From an uncultured Verrucomicrobiae bacterium (GTDB taxonomy: Bacteria; Chlamydiota; Chlamydiia; Chlamydiales; Rhabdochlamydiaceae): a stretch of 64,000 bases of DNA. The DNA lies in assembly GCA_963758735.1 (NCBI GenBank), contig CAVWWT010000004.1, positions 166,579-230,578 on the forward strand. Reading direction: 5' to 3'. The notes under the pieces are model-generated. The model searched no databases and was not told where the DNA came from. It saw only the letters and a list, made by a program, of their open reading frames with translations. The position numbers and the translations under genes were made by a program. This document shows, one piece after another, positions 47,372 to 56,677 of the stretch (position 1 is the first letter of the stretch; each line of letters begins with the position of its first letter).

Positions 47372-47722
47372 TCCTCAAGCTGAGCTTGCAATGCTCTGAT
47401 CTGCTTCTTTGTCAGACGCAGTCTGTATTGAAATGATTTACGAACTAACATGCTTAAAGGGTATACCTTTGTCTTGAATGAGTCAACGAATATAGAAGCT
47501 GAAATATTCTCAGGCTTAGAGGACTTGGGTCCATCTCGGCCGTAAACGACCGAGTTTTCTCACGTCCGGGGGACAAATAAATCTCCCATTTATGATGTGG
47601 CGCAATTTATGACATGACTGTGGATTTTACTTCAGTAAATTTCCCAAGACATCGCTATTGCTTTTAATTTTCAGGCAAGCTACAAGATTTGCGTCTTTCA
47701 AACTCTAGAAGGGAGAATTTTT

Positions 47723-48100
47723 ATGAGTTTTAGTCATATTGGCGGCGCAGCCCCGTTTGGATCCAATCCATTCAGCAATTTTTTTATCTTCTCGACCCAG
47801 CCTAAAACTATTCCTGTGCTCAGTGAAAAAGAGGTGGAATATTTGAATAAGCTCATTGAGCTTGACTTAGACTCAATTCTCGACCAGGGTGCTGGCGAAA
47901 AAGCGTGCAAAGATCTCGGCCAGGAAATCTTCGACCATTTCAAGTACGAAGCAAATGGCGACAGCTATGCAGGGAAAAAAGCGCTGCAAAATATCGCGGA
48001 CTCACTTCCTTCAAAATGTGAGGATGGTCGTTTGCGCAAGGAATATGTCGCTAGAGCCTGGGACAGAGTCGGCGATAGTGAGTGGTTTTGGATGCATTAA
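47723..48100 (+). CDS. Small helical hypothetical protein, paralog of 18680-19033
   Basis: GGGAG RBS; C-terminal ARAWDRVGDSEWFW. Confidence 0.7.
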   Translation: MSFSHIGGAAPFGSNPFSNFFIFSTQPKTIPVLSEKEVEYLNKLIELDLDSILDQGAGEKACKDLGQEIFDHFKYEANGDSYAGKKALQNIADSLPSKCEDGRLRKEYVARAWDRVGDSEWFWMH

Positions 48101-48759
48101 TTTCCGTATTGATCCGCATTCTCAATTGTTGTCTGGAGTTCTGTCGGCTGCAAAGACTCGATGTCGATCAATGTTACTTTGAAGGTTTCTTTGAATTCTT
48201 TTTTGGGGACGAAAAGGACGCGGTTAAAAACAGAGTAGGCAGCGACGACTTCTTGCTTCACAGATTTTGCGCTTAAGTCTTTTTTAAGATTTTTGTGATG
48301 AATCATAACCCTAATTCCGTCAATAGTGCTTGGAATCATTAGAGGCCAAAAAAAGAAGCTGGCAATCTTATAGCCGATTGAACGAGGGATAGCAGATTTG
48401 GTGACCTTAAAGGCCACTTTGCTCGCCTCTACTCTCGGAAGGTCTATAGAACTCGGACACAGGGAATACTCATTAGAAGTGTTGTTTTGGATGCTGAGCT
48501 GGAGAGGCTGGATGCCGCGGCTGATCAGGTCGTGTCCAAAATTGCGCTTGCTCTCGTCCGGGGTCATTGCCTTGGCGTGAACGACGACTCGAATCTCTTT
48601 CAATGAAAAACTGGGCAGCAATTCTGTTGCAACCGATTTTAAAGTATGTATTTGATGACTTTCAAAACCTGTGGTTAGCAGAAATATGCCGGCAAGCGCT
48701 GCAAGCCCTAAATGTAGGTGTTTTTTGAGCGATAAGATTTTTTTCATAGCCAACTCCAT
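48097..48759 (-). CDS. Hypothetical exported/membrane protein
   Basis: N-terminal hydrophobic segment and internal IASFFFWPLMIP segment. Confidence 0.65.
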   Translation of the reverse strand: MELAMKKILSLKKHLHLGLAALAGIFLLTTGFESHQIHTLKSVATELLPSFSLKEIRVVVHAKAMTPDESKRNFGHDLISRGIQPLQLSIQNNTSNEYSLCPSSIDLPRVEASKVAFKVTKSAIPRSIGYKIASFFFWPLMIPSTIDGIRVMIHHKNLKKDLSAKSVKQEVVAAYSVFNRVLFVPKKEFKETFKVTLIDIESLQPTELQTTIENADQYGN

Positions 48760-48848
48760 TTTGTTAAAAGTTGAGCTAGAATACCTTAATTAGAGTTAAT
48801 TAAACAGACATAAATTATGTTAATATTAAAAGTGATTGTTAATTAATT

Positions 48849-49124
48849 TTAATTTTTAGAATTTCTGTTTTTAATAACAATTTCCATTAATTGTTCAAGA
48901 TTTTCCTGAGCTTCCCGCATTGTTGCAAACTCCTGGCGCTGAGTGACTCTTTGACAGCGCTCATCCTCAAAGACAACAGCTTCCCAGTGCTCCTTTGGCA
49001 GGGTCTCACTAAAATTGACTACCTTCATCACGACAAGATGCTCAAAATCTTTCAAATAATAATAATCACCATTGCGGCTATCACAGACCCATGAGTAGCC
49101 GCTAATATCTTTTCCCTCGTGCAT
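48849..49124 (-). CDS. Small hypothetical protein
   Basis: GGGGAG RBS before ATG 49124; 91 aa; no motif recognised. Confidence 0.4.
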   Translation of the reverse strand: MHEGKDISGYSWVCDSRNGDYYYLKDFEHLVVMKVVNFSETLPKEHWEAVVFEDERCQRVTQRQEFATMREAQENLEQLMEIVIKNRNSKN

Positions 49125-49158
49125 TTTCTCCCCTTTTTGTTTATAATTTTTACACACT

Positions 49159-50064
49159 ATGCCAACGACAATTTTTAAACCTGAATTTTTACTTACTCCT
49201 TCTTCCCTGAACCGGTTTATGTCCGGATATGAGGAGGTTGCTGCTATTTTGAGCCGCGCTCCTGGGCCTGCTACCGTGCATGGCCATGCTTGGAGCAATT
49301 CCTGTATCGACCTAAATGAAATCTACTTTCATGTGTCAGGTTTCTTCTTAAGCTTGGGAAGCTATCTCTTGCACTTCTGTAGTATGACCGACCTTTCAAA
49401 AAAGATGTGGGTGCAGTCACGCCATACCATAAATGACGCCACGGCCATCAAAACGGACAAGATTTTTCAGAATAACCTTTTGGCAAAATCGGTCAACACT
49501 CATCGATTGGATAGAGCTGATTATTTTCTACAGCCCTCAATAAGGACCTCCCTGGCGACGCATCCATCCGGTGGGATGGTGAATTTTTTTCATGCAGGTG
49601 GGATCTGCAGAGGGATGTGCCATTGGTTTATTCATCTCTATTTCAAGAGCAGAGGGCAGTTTTCCAATACAGATGAGCATTTTAGATCCGTAGGGCAGCA
49701 ATTCATGCAAGGAGCTCCTGACCAGGCTGCTTTATTGCAATCTCTTGATCTTCCACCCACATACTCTCTTCTACATCTGAATGTTCGAGCCGATTATTCC
49801 AAGGTGAAAGTGAAAGATAAAACGAATGAACAAATCATGCGCGGCCTTCTCTGTCAGCCTCCAGGTGTTTATGGGATTTACACTTCATCCCACCAGGTAG
49901 TGTTTATTAAAATTGATGAATCGAGACAGTATCTCTTCGATCCAAACATTGGAGTTATAAAAGTGACCTCTCTCCTTCTATTTGACCAGGCTATGCAAAA
50001 TTACATTGACACCCATGATCCCGAAAAAGATATTATCGTAGACCTCTACACCCCAACAATATGA
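49159..50064 (+). CDS. YopT/AvrPphB-like (C58) cysteine protease, candidate effector
   Basis: GICRGMCHW, SHQVVF, FDPNIG. His-to-Asp spacing is 16 residues. Confidence 0.75.
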   Translation: MPTTIFKPEFLLTPSSLNRFMSGYEEVAAILSRAPGPATVHGHAWSNSCIDLNEIYFHVSGFFLSLGSYLLHFCSMTDLSKKMWVQSRHTINDATAIKTDKIFQNNLLAKSVNTHRLDRADYFLQPSIRTSLATHPSGGMVNFFHAGGICRGMCHWFIHLYFKSRGQFSNTDEHFRSVGQQFMQGAPDQAALLQSLDLPPTYSLLHLNVRADYSKVKVKDKTNEQIMRGLLCQPPGVYGIYTSSHQVVFIKIDESRQYLFDPNIGVIKVTSLLLFDQAMQNYIDTHDPEKDIIVDLYTPTI

Positions 50065-51074
50065 AAAAATCAGCTCTTATAAAAATTGCTCCAGAGACGA
50101 CTTTGCACTCCCGCGTGCATCCTTTGCGCTCTTTTGGCCCCAAATGCTATGTCAAAAGGGAAGATGAGCTGGGATTTGGGATCAGTGGAAGCAAAATTCG
50201 CAAATACCTCTCTTTTGTCCCCTCTTTTTTGGAGCAAAAGCCCGATGAGGCCATCATCATCGGCAGCGCATACTCTAACCATGTCCTCTCTATTGTTCAG
50301 CTTTTCAAGGAACATGGAGTCAAACCCATTTTGTTTCTCCTGGGCGATCCCAAATGCAAACTGCAGGGAAATCTTCTTTATACCGCACTCATAGCTGGAA
50401 TGAACAACATTCATTGGGTCTCTCAGAAAAAATGGGAAGAAATTGATAAAATTGCAGAGGACTTCTCAAAAGAGAGAGCTAAAGCCGGTGTTCGGGCCCT
50501 CGTGGTCCCCAAAGGAGCTAATTGCAAAGATGCCTTGCCGGGAGCTCTTACGTTTGCTCTCGACATTCTCCGCAACGAGGAGCAATTGGGGATAGAATTC
50601 GATCATCTTTTCATTGATTCGGGCACAGGCCTCACCTCCTGCGCCCTTTTGCTAGCTTTTGCTTATTTAAGTAAAAAAACTTTTGTCCATATTGTTCAGG
50701 TGGCTGGGGATAAAGAGGAGTTCGCTCGAACGCTGGAAAAGAGAAAAACCGATCTCGAGGCCCTCCTTGGCCAGCCCCTCCCCTCCCCTTCTTTGTTTAA
50801 GCTCCATACTCCTAGGACAGCAGCCGGCTTTGGATCTGTCAATGCGACCATTTTACAGACGGTCGCAGAGATCGCAAGCCTTGAGGGATTCCTTACCGAC
50901 CCCGTCTTCACCGCCAAATTGTTTTATGAAGGGAGGGTTGTCCTTGCCGAGGAAAGCCTCATTGGAAATATCTTATTTGTCCATTCGGGTGGAGGGCTAG
51001 GGCTTACGGGCTTTCAGGACAAAATGGCAAAGATCGCCTCTAATGATATAGCAATAAAACGAAAAAAGCTGTAG
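50061..51074 (+). CDS. PLP-dependent D-cysteine desulfhydrase/ACC deaminase family protein
   Basis: YVKREDELGFGISGSKIRK, SNHV, SGTGLTS, LTDPVFTAK, VHSGG. Confidence 0.88.
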   Translation: MKKSALIKIAPETTLHSRVHPLRSFGPKCYVKREDELGFGISGSKIRKYLSFVPSFLEQKPDEAIIIGSAYSNHVLSIVQLFKEHGVKPILFLLGDPKCKLQGNLLYTALIAGMNNIHWVSQKKWEEIDKIAEDFSKERAKAGVRALVVPKGANCKDALPGALTFALDILRNEEQLGIEFDHLFIDSGTGLTSCALLLAFAYLSKKTFVHIVQVAGDKEEFARTLEKRKTDLEALLGQPLPSPSLFKLHTPRTAAGFGSVNATILQTVAEIASLEGFLTDPVFTAKLFYEGRVVLAEESLIGNILFVHSGGGLGLTGFQDKMAKIASNDIAIKRKKL

Positions 51075-51106
51075 ACTGCGCGAGTTATTTATACGGAGAT
51101 TAATTA

Positions 51107-52399
51107 ATGGCAGCGCGCAAGAAAAAGCAAACCCCCTGGAAAGTTTTCATCGCAATCCTTTTAGGGATGGTCATCGGTTCCATGACCCAGCAGGGGTCCA
51201 CCCTCTTTGGCATCGATCTGTTTGCCTTTGCTTTTCCCGTTTACAGCCTTCTCGGTAAAGTTTTTATTAACGCTCTGACCTTGGTCGTCGTTCCCCTCGT
51301 CTCTTCTTCGATTATTACGGGGATTGCCAGGATTGGCAACGATAGCTCTTTTGGCCGTCTTGGCGCTAAAATTTTTGCGTTTTATTTGGGCACCAGCTTG
51401 ATTGCAATTTTAGTCGGACTGTTCTGCGTGAACCTGTTAAACCCAGGTGCGATGATCAATCCCGATACGATTGCAGGATCTGTGAATGGCGCTGATGTTC
51501 AAAAATATCTTGCAACGGAAGAAACCGCCCGATTTAGCGATATCCTCCTACAAATTGTGCCTTCCAATATCGTCGATACCTTTGGCAGAGGCCAAATGCT
51601 TGGGCTGATCTTCTTCAGCTTGATCTTTGGATACTGCCTCTCAAAGATCGAATCGGAAAGCGGCTCTATACTGAAGGGGTTTTGGCAAGGGCTTTTTAAC
51701 GCCATGATCCAGTTCACTCAAGTCATTATGAAATGCCTTCCTGTCGGGGTGTTTTTTCTAGTGGCAAAGGTGTTTGCGGAGACCGGATTTAATTCACTTC
51801 AATCGCTCGGCATGTTCACGATAACCGTTCTTCTCGGTCTTGCCCTATTTATCTTCGTCGCTCTTCCTGTTCTGCTTAAAATCATTGGGAATGTCAGACC
51901 CGGCCGCCATTTCAAAGCGATGGGACCTGCACTCATCACCGCTTTTTCAACGAGTTCCTCCTCGGCAACGCTCCCCATCACAATTGAATGCGTTGAAAAA
52001 AGGGCAGGCGTTTCAAACAAGATCTGCAGCCTTGTGGTCCCCCTTGGAACATCGATCAACATGTCGGGGTCCGCTCTTTATGAATGTGTGGCTGCCATAT
52101 TTGTAGCTCAAGCTTACGGGATCGAACTTACTGTAAGTACCCAATGCATCATCGTCCTTCTCTCGCTGATCACATCGATCGGAGTTGCAGGAATCCCTTC
52201 AGCTTCGCTTGTAGCGATCATCGCTATTTTGAAAACCATCGGTCTTCCCATCGAGGGGATCGGGCTTTTTGTCGCTGTGGATAGAGTGCTCGATATGTGC
52301 CGCACCACTGTAAACGTTTTTAGCGATAGCTGCTGCGCTATCCTCGTCGCTAGATCAGAAGGAGAAAAAAATGTTCTTGCAAAAGATGTTATGGAGTAA
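51107..52399 (+). CDS. Dicarboxylate/amino acid:cation symporter (DAACS)
   Basis: AFSTSSSSATLP, VPLGTSINMSGSAL, VAGIPSA, DRVLDMCRTTVNV.SD. Confidence 0.95.
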   Translation: MAARKKKQTPWKVFIAILLGMVIGSMTQQGSTLFGIDLFAFAFPVYSLLGKVFINALTLVVVPLVSSSIITGIARIGNDSSFGRLGAKIFAFYLGTSLIAILVGLFCVNLLNPGAMINPDTIAGSVNGADVQKYLATEETARFSDILLQIVPSNIVDTFGRGQMLGLIFFSLIFGYCLSKIESESGSILKGFWQGLFNAMIQFTQVIMKCLPVGVFFLVAKVFAETGFNSLQSLGMFTITVLLGLALFIFVALPVLLKIIGNVRPGRHFKAMGPALITAFSTSSSSATLPITIECVEKRAGVSNKICSLVVPLGTSINMSGSALYECVAAIFVAQAYGIELTVSTQCIIVLLSLITSIGVAGIPSASLVAIIAILKTIGLPIEGIGLFVAVDRVLDMCRTTVNVFSDSCCAILVARSEGEKNVLAKDVME

Positions 52400-52679
52400 G
52401 CAAGCAGCGTTTTTATTGCTGTTTGGAAATATGGCGTTTGCTGCTTTGCCGCCGCTTGCGCAAAGTAACAGGGAGATTCAGGCTATTTTAGCAGCGCCGG
52501 AAACCTACTATCTGCTCGGCGGGGCCGAAAGGATCGATCAAATTATTCGCTGTGAAAAAGGGTATTTGCTCTTGACCAAGAGTAAAGAGCTTCTCGTCGA
52601 CATTTGTTATATACACACGGGAAAAATTGGGCCCGCTGAATTTGAACTAAAATTCCACGAGCCCGTTGAGGCTGATTAG
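52386..52679 (+). CDS. Small exported hypothetical protein
   Basis: Signal peptide ending AFA-A; its stop TAG is the first TA(G) of the palindromic element. Confidence 0.6.
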   Translation: MLWSKQAAFLLLFGNMAFAALPPLAQSNREIQAILAAPETYYLLGGAERIDQIIRCEKGYLLLTKSKELLVDICYIHTGKIGPAEFELKFHEPVEAD

Positions 52680-52844
52680 GGAGTGTACTCAAAAGCTTTC
52701 ACTGTTTGGGCTAGCGTGAAAGCTTCCGCGGTAGAGTCCCCGCAAGTGGGTCCTATGTTTCAAAATATGGACCCACTTGCGGGGATCTCAACCCCGGAAC
52801 TTTGACGCAGTCCAAATAGCGAAATCTTTTGAGTACGCTCCCTA
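52677..52844. mobile_element. Modular palindromic MITE-like element, copy 3 (arm type C)
   Basis: 36-nt arms 52677-52712 and 52809-52844 around a 96-nt core. Confidence 0.88.
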
Positions 52845-53645
52845 GTTCTCAAGTTTTAAGAGGTGGAGCGCTTGCTCATCGCTTAATATTTTATGGAAAT
52901 GATCGAGCTGAAGTTGTGCAATTTTCGGATTAAAGGATTTTACCTTTTCGTCGGCTCCACCATAACGAATCCCCACAAAGTCAATTCCGAGCTTCTCTAC
53001 TGCTGCTTCGATATTTTCAATATGGCTTAATTTGTCGTCGATGACGACGATACGGTTCGGCAGTTTTTTCAATTTTTTCAAATAAGCATTGAGGGCCGGG
53101 CCTTTATCAATTCCGTTGCCTGTGAAAATGATCCCATTTTTGAACAATGTCCCTTTCAGCTCTTTAAAGACCAAATCCCCTTCCACAAGGGATGTCTTGC
53201 TAAAATCGATATGCAAAGGAGCTATCTGCTCGAGAGTTCGCTCAGATAGGGCCGGCGAGCGTTTAGTAAGCCCAATCATGGGAACATTTTGCTTCTGCAT
53301 TTTTGCAAGTAGATCGGCAATAATAGGTTCGACAAGTTGCATTTCTGTTCGGTCTAAAATTTGGCTGTAAACGGGCACAAGCTTTGCGATTGCCTCGTCG
53401 ACACTCAAACCTTCCGTTTTTAAGCAGTGATCTAAATGGTGGGAAAACCATTGGTCTGATCCAAGATGTTGCGCAGTTTCAATAAGTGTATTATCAAGAT
53501 CGAAGACATAGAGAGTGTCTTTTTCGAGATAGGTAAATGCATGTGCAAAATCGTTAGTTTCTGTGATGAGCGCTTCGCCTTTTGAAAAGGGGCAAAGAGC
53601 GACAGTGCACAGAGTTAATAAATAAAATAGGGACTTTCCTTTCAT
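52842..53645 (-). CDS. DUF2608 (HAD-like) protein with signal peptide
   Basis: VFDLDNTL..LGSDQWF, GLTKR, VVIDDKLSHI. Start set at ATG 53645. Confidence 0.85.
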   Translation of the reverse strand: MKGKSLFYLLTLCTVALCPFSKGEALITETNDFAHAFTYLEKDTLYVFDLDNTLIETAQHLGSDQWFSHHLDHCLKTEGLSVDEAIAKLVPVYSQILDRTEMQLVEPIIADLLAKMQKQNVPMIGLTKRSPALSERTLEQIAPLHIDFSKTSLVEGDLVFKELKGTLFKNGIIFTGNGIDKGPALNAYLKKLKKLPNRIVVIDDKLSHIENIEAAVEKLGIDFVGIRYGGADEKVKSFNPKIAQLQLDHFHKILSDEQALHLLKLEN

Positions 53646-53680
53646 TAGATTCCTTAGGTGAGGGAGCTTGTAACTTGTTC

Positions 53681-53847
53681 TAGGGAGCGTACTCAAAAGA
53701 TTTCATTGTTTGGGGTGCGTCAAAGCCCCGGGGTTGAGATCCCCGCAAGTGGGTCCTATGTCTCAAAATATGGACCCACTTGCGGGAACCGGGCCGCGGG
53801 AGCTTTCACGCAGCCCAAACTGCGAAATCTTTTGAGTACGCTCCCAA
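53681..53847. mobile_element. Modular palindromic MITE-like element, copy 4 (arm type C, core reversed)
   Basis: 36-nt arms 53681-53716 and 53812-53847 around a 95-nt core; overlaps the 3' end of aroDE. Confidence 0.88.
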
Positions 53848-55291
53848 GTATAATTTCAAAGACTTTATCTGCATTAATTGTTTCAGGAAACCAAATGCGC
53901 TGCTGCTCTAAAGCCTGGTAGACGAACATTTCGTATCCGTAAACAATCTGGCAATTTTTTTTCAAAGCTTTTACCAAAAAAGGGGTATTTTTAGGAATGT
54001 AAACGATATCCATGACTATCTTGCCAGGAAGGATCCACTGTTCTTCAATGAGGTCGCTCTCGGGTGTGCAATTAACAAGGATATCGTACCCTTTTTCAGA
54101 AACCTCTTTAATCAGTTCGAGACCTCCGCCCTGACAATCTAGGGTATCTGCAATCTCAAGCGCTTTTTCGGGAGTGCGATTGATAAGGGTCACAAATGCT
54201 CCCCTCTGAGTCGCTTCAAAAGCAATCGATTTGGCAGATCCGCCAGCGCCGATGATCACAACATGTCTTCCAAAAACGAGGGCTTTCTTTTCGATCGCAT
54301 CCAGCGCCCCAGTGCCATCGGTGTTATATCCGGTCATTTGATGATTGCTCACTCGAATCGTGTTACATGCCCCGATGACTTTAGTTTGTATCGAAGTTTG
54401 GGAGAGCATGGGAAGAACGCTCTCTTTTAGCGGCATGGTGACGCTGAATCCTTTAAAGGGAAGTTCTACAACTTTTGTGATGAAAGTCTGGAGTTCTTCT
54501 TTTGTAACGCGCACCTTGACATAGACGGCATTGATGTCGGCATCTGTAAAAACAGCGTTGTGAATCACGGCTCCTAGGCTTTTAGTGACGGGATCACCAA
54601 TCAAGGCGTAAATTTCTGTTTCTCGGTTCAATTTGCCAAATCGGTAAAGCTCTTGCATTTCACGCGCTGTGATTTGCCCCGGAGCTGTAGAGTCCTCTGC
54701 AAATAGTGGTGCATAAGTCAAATAGGAACCTACAACGGGGGCTAAGATCCGCGTGATCTGTCCTTCTTCCCCCATGGCGATACCGATAAAATTCTTCTCT
54801 TGCGAGTGGTTCTTCATGAATGAGAGAACTTTAAGCGCGTCAATGCAAGAATTTGCAGTCACTGCAATTTTATAGAAATGAGCGTTGGGAGTTTTGACTT
54901 TTCTAAAAACCTCTTCCAAATCGTCCGGCGTGTTCGAGAAATCGTGATAAGAGCTTATAAAAGAAATGTTCGGATAGGTTTCAAAAAGCCTTTTTCTGTA
55001 CTCCACTGGGACGTCATATTCTAGATCTACATAGGCAGGCCCTAGCTTGCAAAGAGCTTCCAGGCGATCTAAGCGCTCCATTTCTGTCCCGGAAAAGCGC
55101 CCCCCCTGATCATTTCTCCTAACGGTGAGCATGACAGGTTTTTCATACCCTTTGATAAAGGATTTGAGAGCTTCTTCATCGATATGCTCAAAATAATCAA
55201 GGCGGACCTCGACCCCATCGATATAGGGCTTTTGCGATGTGATCGTTTCGGAATTAGGGCTTGTAATCACCCCGAAAAGAAGTGTACTCAT
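53756..55291 (-). CDS. aroDE: Bifunctional type I 3-dehydroquinate dehydratase/shikimate dehydrogenase
   Basis: DGVEVRLD, SSYHDF, APGQ; then SLGAVIHN, FSVTMPLKE, ACNT, NTDG, IGAGGSA, GYEMFVYQA. Confidence 0.93.
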   Translation of the reverse strand: MSTLLFGVITSPNSETITSQKPYIDGVEVRLDYFEHIDEEALKSFIKGYEKPVMLTVRRNDQGGRFSGTEMERLDRLEALCKLGPAYVDLEYDVPVEYRKRLFETYPNISFISSYHDFSNTPDDLEEVFRKVKTPNAHFYKIAVTANSCIDALKVLSFMKNHSQEKNFIGIAMGEEGQITRILAPVVGSYLTYAPLFAEDSTAPGQITAREMQELYRFGKLNRETEIYALIGDPVTKSLGAVIHNAVFTDADINAVYVKVRVTKEELQTFITKVVELPFKGFSVTMPLKESVLPMLSQTSIQTKVIGACNTIRVSNHQMTGYNTDGTGALDAIEKKALVFGRHVVIIGAGGSAKSIAFEATQRGAFVTLINRTPEKALEIADTLDCQGGGLELIKEVSEKGYDILVNCTPESDLIEEQWILPGKIVMDIVYIPKNTPFLVKALKKNCQIVYGYEMFVYQALEQQRIWFPETINADKVFEIILGSVLKRFRSLGCVKAPAARFPQVGPYFET

Positions 55292-55330
55292 AGATTTAAC
55301 CCACAAAGAATCAATATTTTAAGTTAATAT

Positions 55331-55359
55331 TTGACATGATGTTTTCATTATGATACAAT
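55331..55359 (+). promoter_or_regulatory. Sigma70/sigma66-type promoter of the aromatic operon
   Basis: TTGACA-17 nt-TACAAT with an extended TGn element. Confidence 0.85.
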
Positions 55360-55391
55360 AAGTCTATAAAACAAAGGCAAATGAAGTTTTT

Positions 55392-55523
55392 ATGAAAACT
55401 ACAGTCAGTACCACATCCGGTCTTGACGCGATAAACGGAGTAAAACACTCCGCTATATCTTGCTGCGCCTTTTTTTATTCTTATTCTTTCTATTTTGGCG
55501 CTAAAACGCCAATATTTATTTAA
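55392..55523 (+). CDS. Phe/Tyr-rich leader peptide (putative attenuator)
   Basis: MKTTVSTTSGLDAINGVKHSAISCCAFFYSYSFYFGAKTPIFI*; 7 of 9 consecutive codons are Phe or Tyr. Confidence 0.65.
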   Translation: MKTTVSTTSGLDAINGVKHSAISCCAFFYSYSFYFGAKTPIFI

Positions 55524-55663
55524 CACCACTTACATCTATTTAGTTTCCCTTCAGACTGCAAAAGAGCGGTGAAAGCCCCTCTTAGAAACTGGAATTCGAG
55601 AATATTATTTCTTGTATCCAGATTTTATGAAGAACGTTAAATATATATTATAGAAAGGTGATT

Positions 55664-56677
55664 ATGTTAATTAAGTTACAGCAAAATTTAACCGAAGAAC
55701 TTTTAGGCCAGCTAATTGGCAAACTGAACTCTCATGGAGTCCATCATTGCATCTCTCGGAGTGAATCAGAGCTTGTCTTAGGCCTGGAAAAAGCGCCTTC
55801 AACAGAGGTTCTGAGTGATTTGAACTCTCTTGGCTGCATTTCAGAACTTATTCCGGTGAGCACACCCTGGAAGCTCGCGTCCAAGACATTCAAGAAAGAA
55901 AAAACGGAAATTACCGTAAAAGGGGTCACAATCGGCGGCAATTCTGTCATTATGATGGCAGGTCCGTGCGCTATCGAGAGCGAAGAGCAGCTTCGCGAGA
56001 TTGCGAAGCAACTAATAATTGCCAAAGTGAAGGTGTTTAGAGCATCCGCATTCAAACCGCGCACCTCGCCCTACAGTTTTCAAGGAATGGGTGTAGAAGG
56101 TTTGAAGCTCCATAAAAAATTACAAGAAGAGCATGGGATGCTGATCGAATCCGAGGTGATGGACGTGCGCGATGTTAAGATTGCTGCCGAATACGTCGAT
56201 ATCCTGAGAATTGGCGCCCGAAATATGCAGAACTTCGACTTGCTTAAAGAAGTGGGCAAATGCGGCAAACCCGTCATTCTCAAAAGAGGAATTTCTGCAA
56301 CGGTAGAAGAATGGCTAATGAGCGCCGAATACATCATGGCGCATGGCAATCATGAGGTGATCTTATGCGAACGGGGTATCCGCACGTTCGAAAATTCGAC
56401 GCGGAGCACGCTGGATTTAAGCAGTGTTGCTGTCGCAAAGCTTCTCACGCATCTGCCGATCATTGTCGATCCCAGCCATGCTGCCGGGCGCAAAGACATC
56501 ATTCCTGCTCTTTGCAAGGCATCTGTCGCAATTGGCGCAGATGGACTTCTCGTCGAAGTGCATCATAGCCCTAAAGATGCTAAGTGCGACGGAAAGCAGG
56601 CATTGCTTCCCTCCGAAATAGGAACGCTCTCTCACGAGCTTGATAACATCGCAAAAGCGATGGGAAGGTCTTTATGA
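55664..56677 (+). CDS. aroF: DAHP synthase type I-beta with N-terminal regulatory domain
   Basis: AGPCAIES, KPRTSPYSFQG, IGARNMQNF, CERG, DPSH. RBS AGAAAGGTG. Confidence 0.95.
   Translation: MLIKLQQNLTEELLGQLIGKLNSHGVHHCISRSESELVLGLEKAPSTEVLSDLNSLGCISELIPVSTPWKLASKTFKKEKTEITVKGVTIGGNSVIMMAGPCAIESEEQLREIAKQLIIAKVKVFRASAFKPRTSPYSFQGMGVEGLKLHKKLQEEHGMLIESEVMDVRDVKIAAEYVDILRIGARNMQNFDLLKEVGKCGKPVILKRGISATVEEWLMSAEYIMAHGNHEVILCERGIRTFENSTRSTLDLSSVAVAKLLTHLPIIVDPSHAAGRKDIIPALCKASVAIGADGLLVEVHHSPKDAKCDGKQALLPSEIGTLSHELDNIAKAMGRSL

Noticed and set aside
47490-47700. Small hairpins upstream of 47723 as an ncRNA
   Set aside because: Only short stems with no recognisable RNA family signature.
27883-53847. 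Palindromic repeats as a CRISPR array
   Set aside because: Copies are dispersed, with no repeat-spacer periodicity and no cas genes.
55664-56677. KdsA instead of DAHP synthase
   Set aside because: The KPRTS motif, N-terminal regulatory domain and operon context indicate DAHP synthase.
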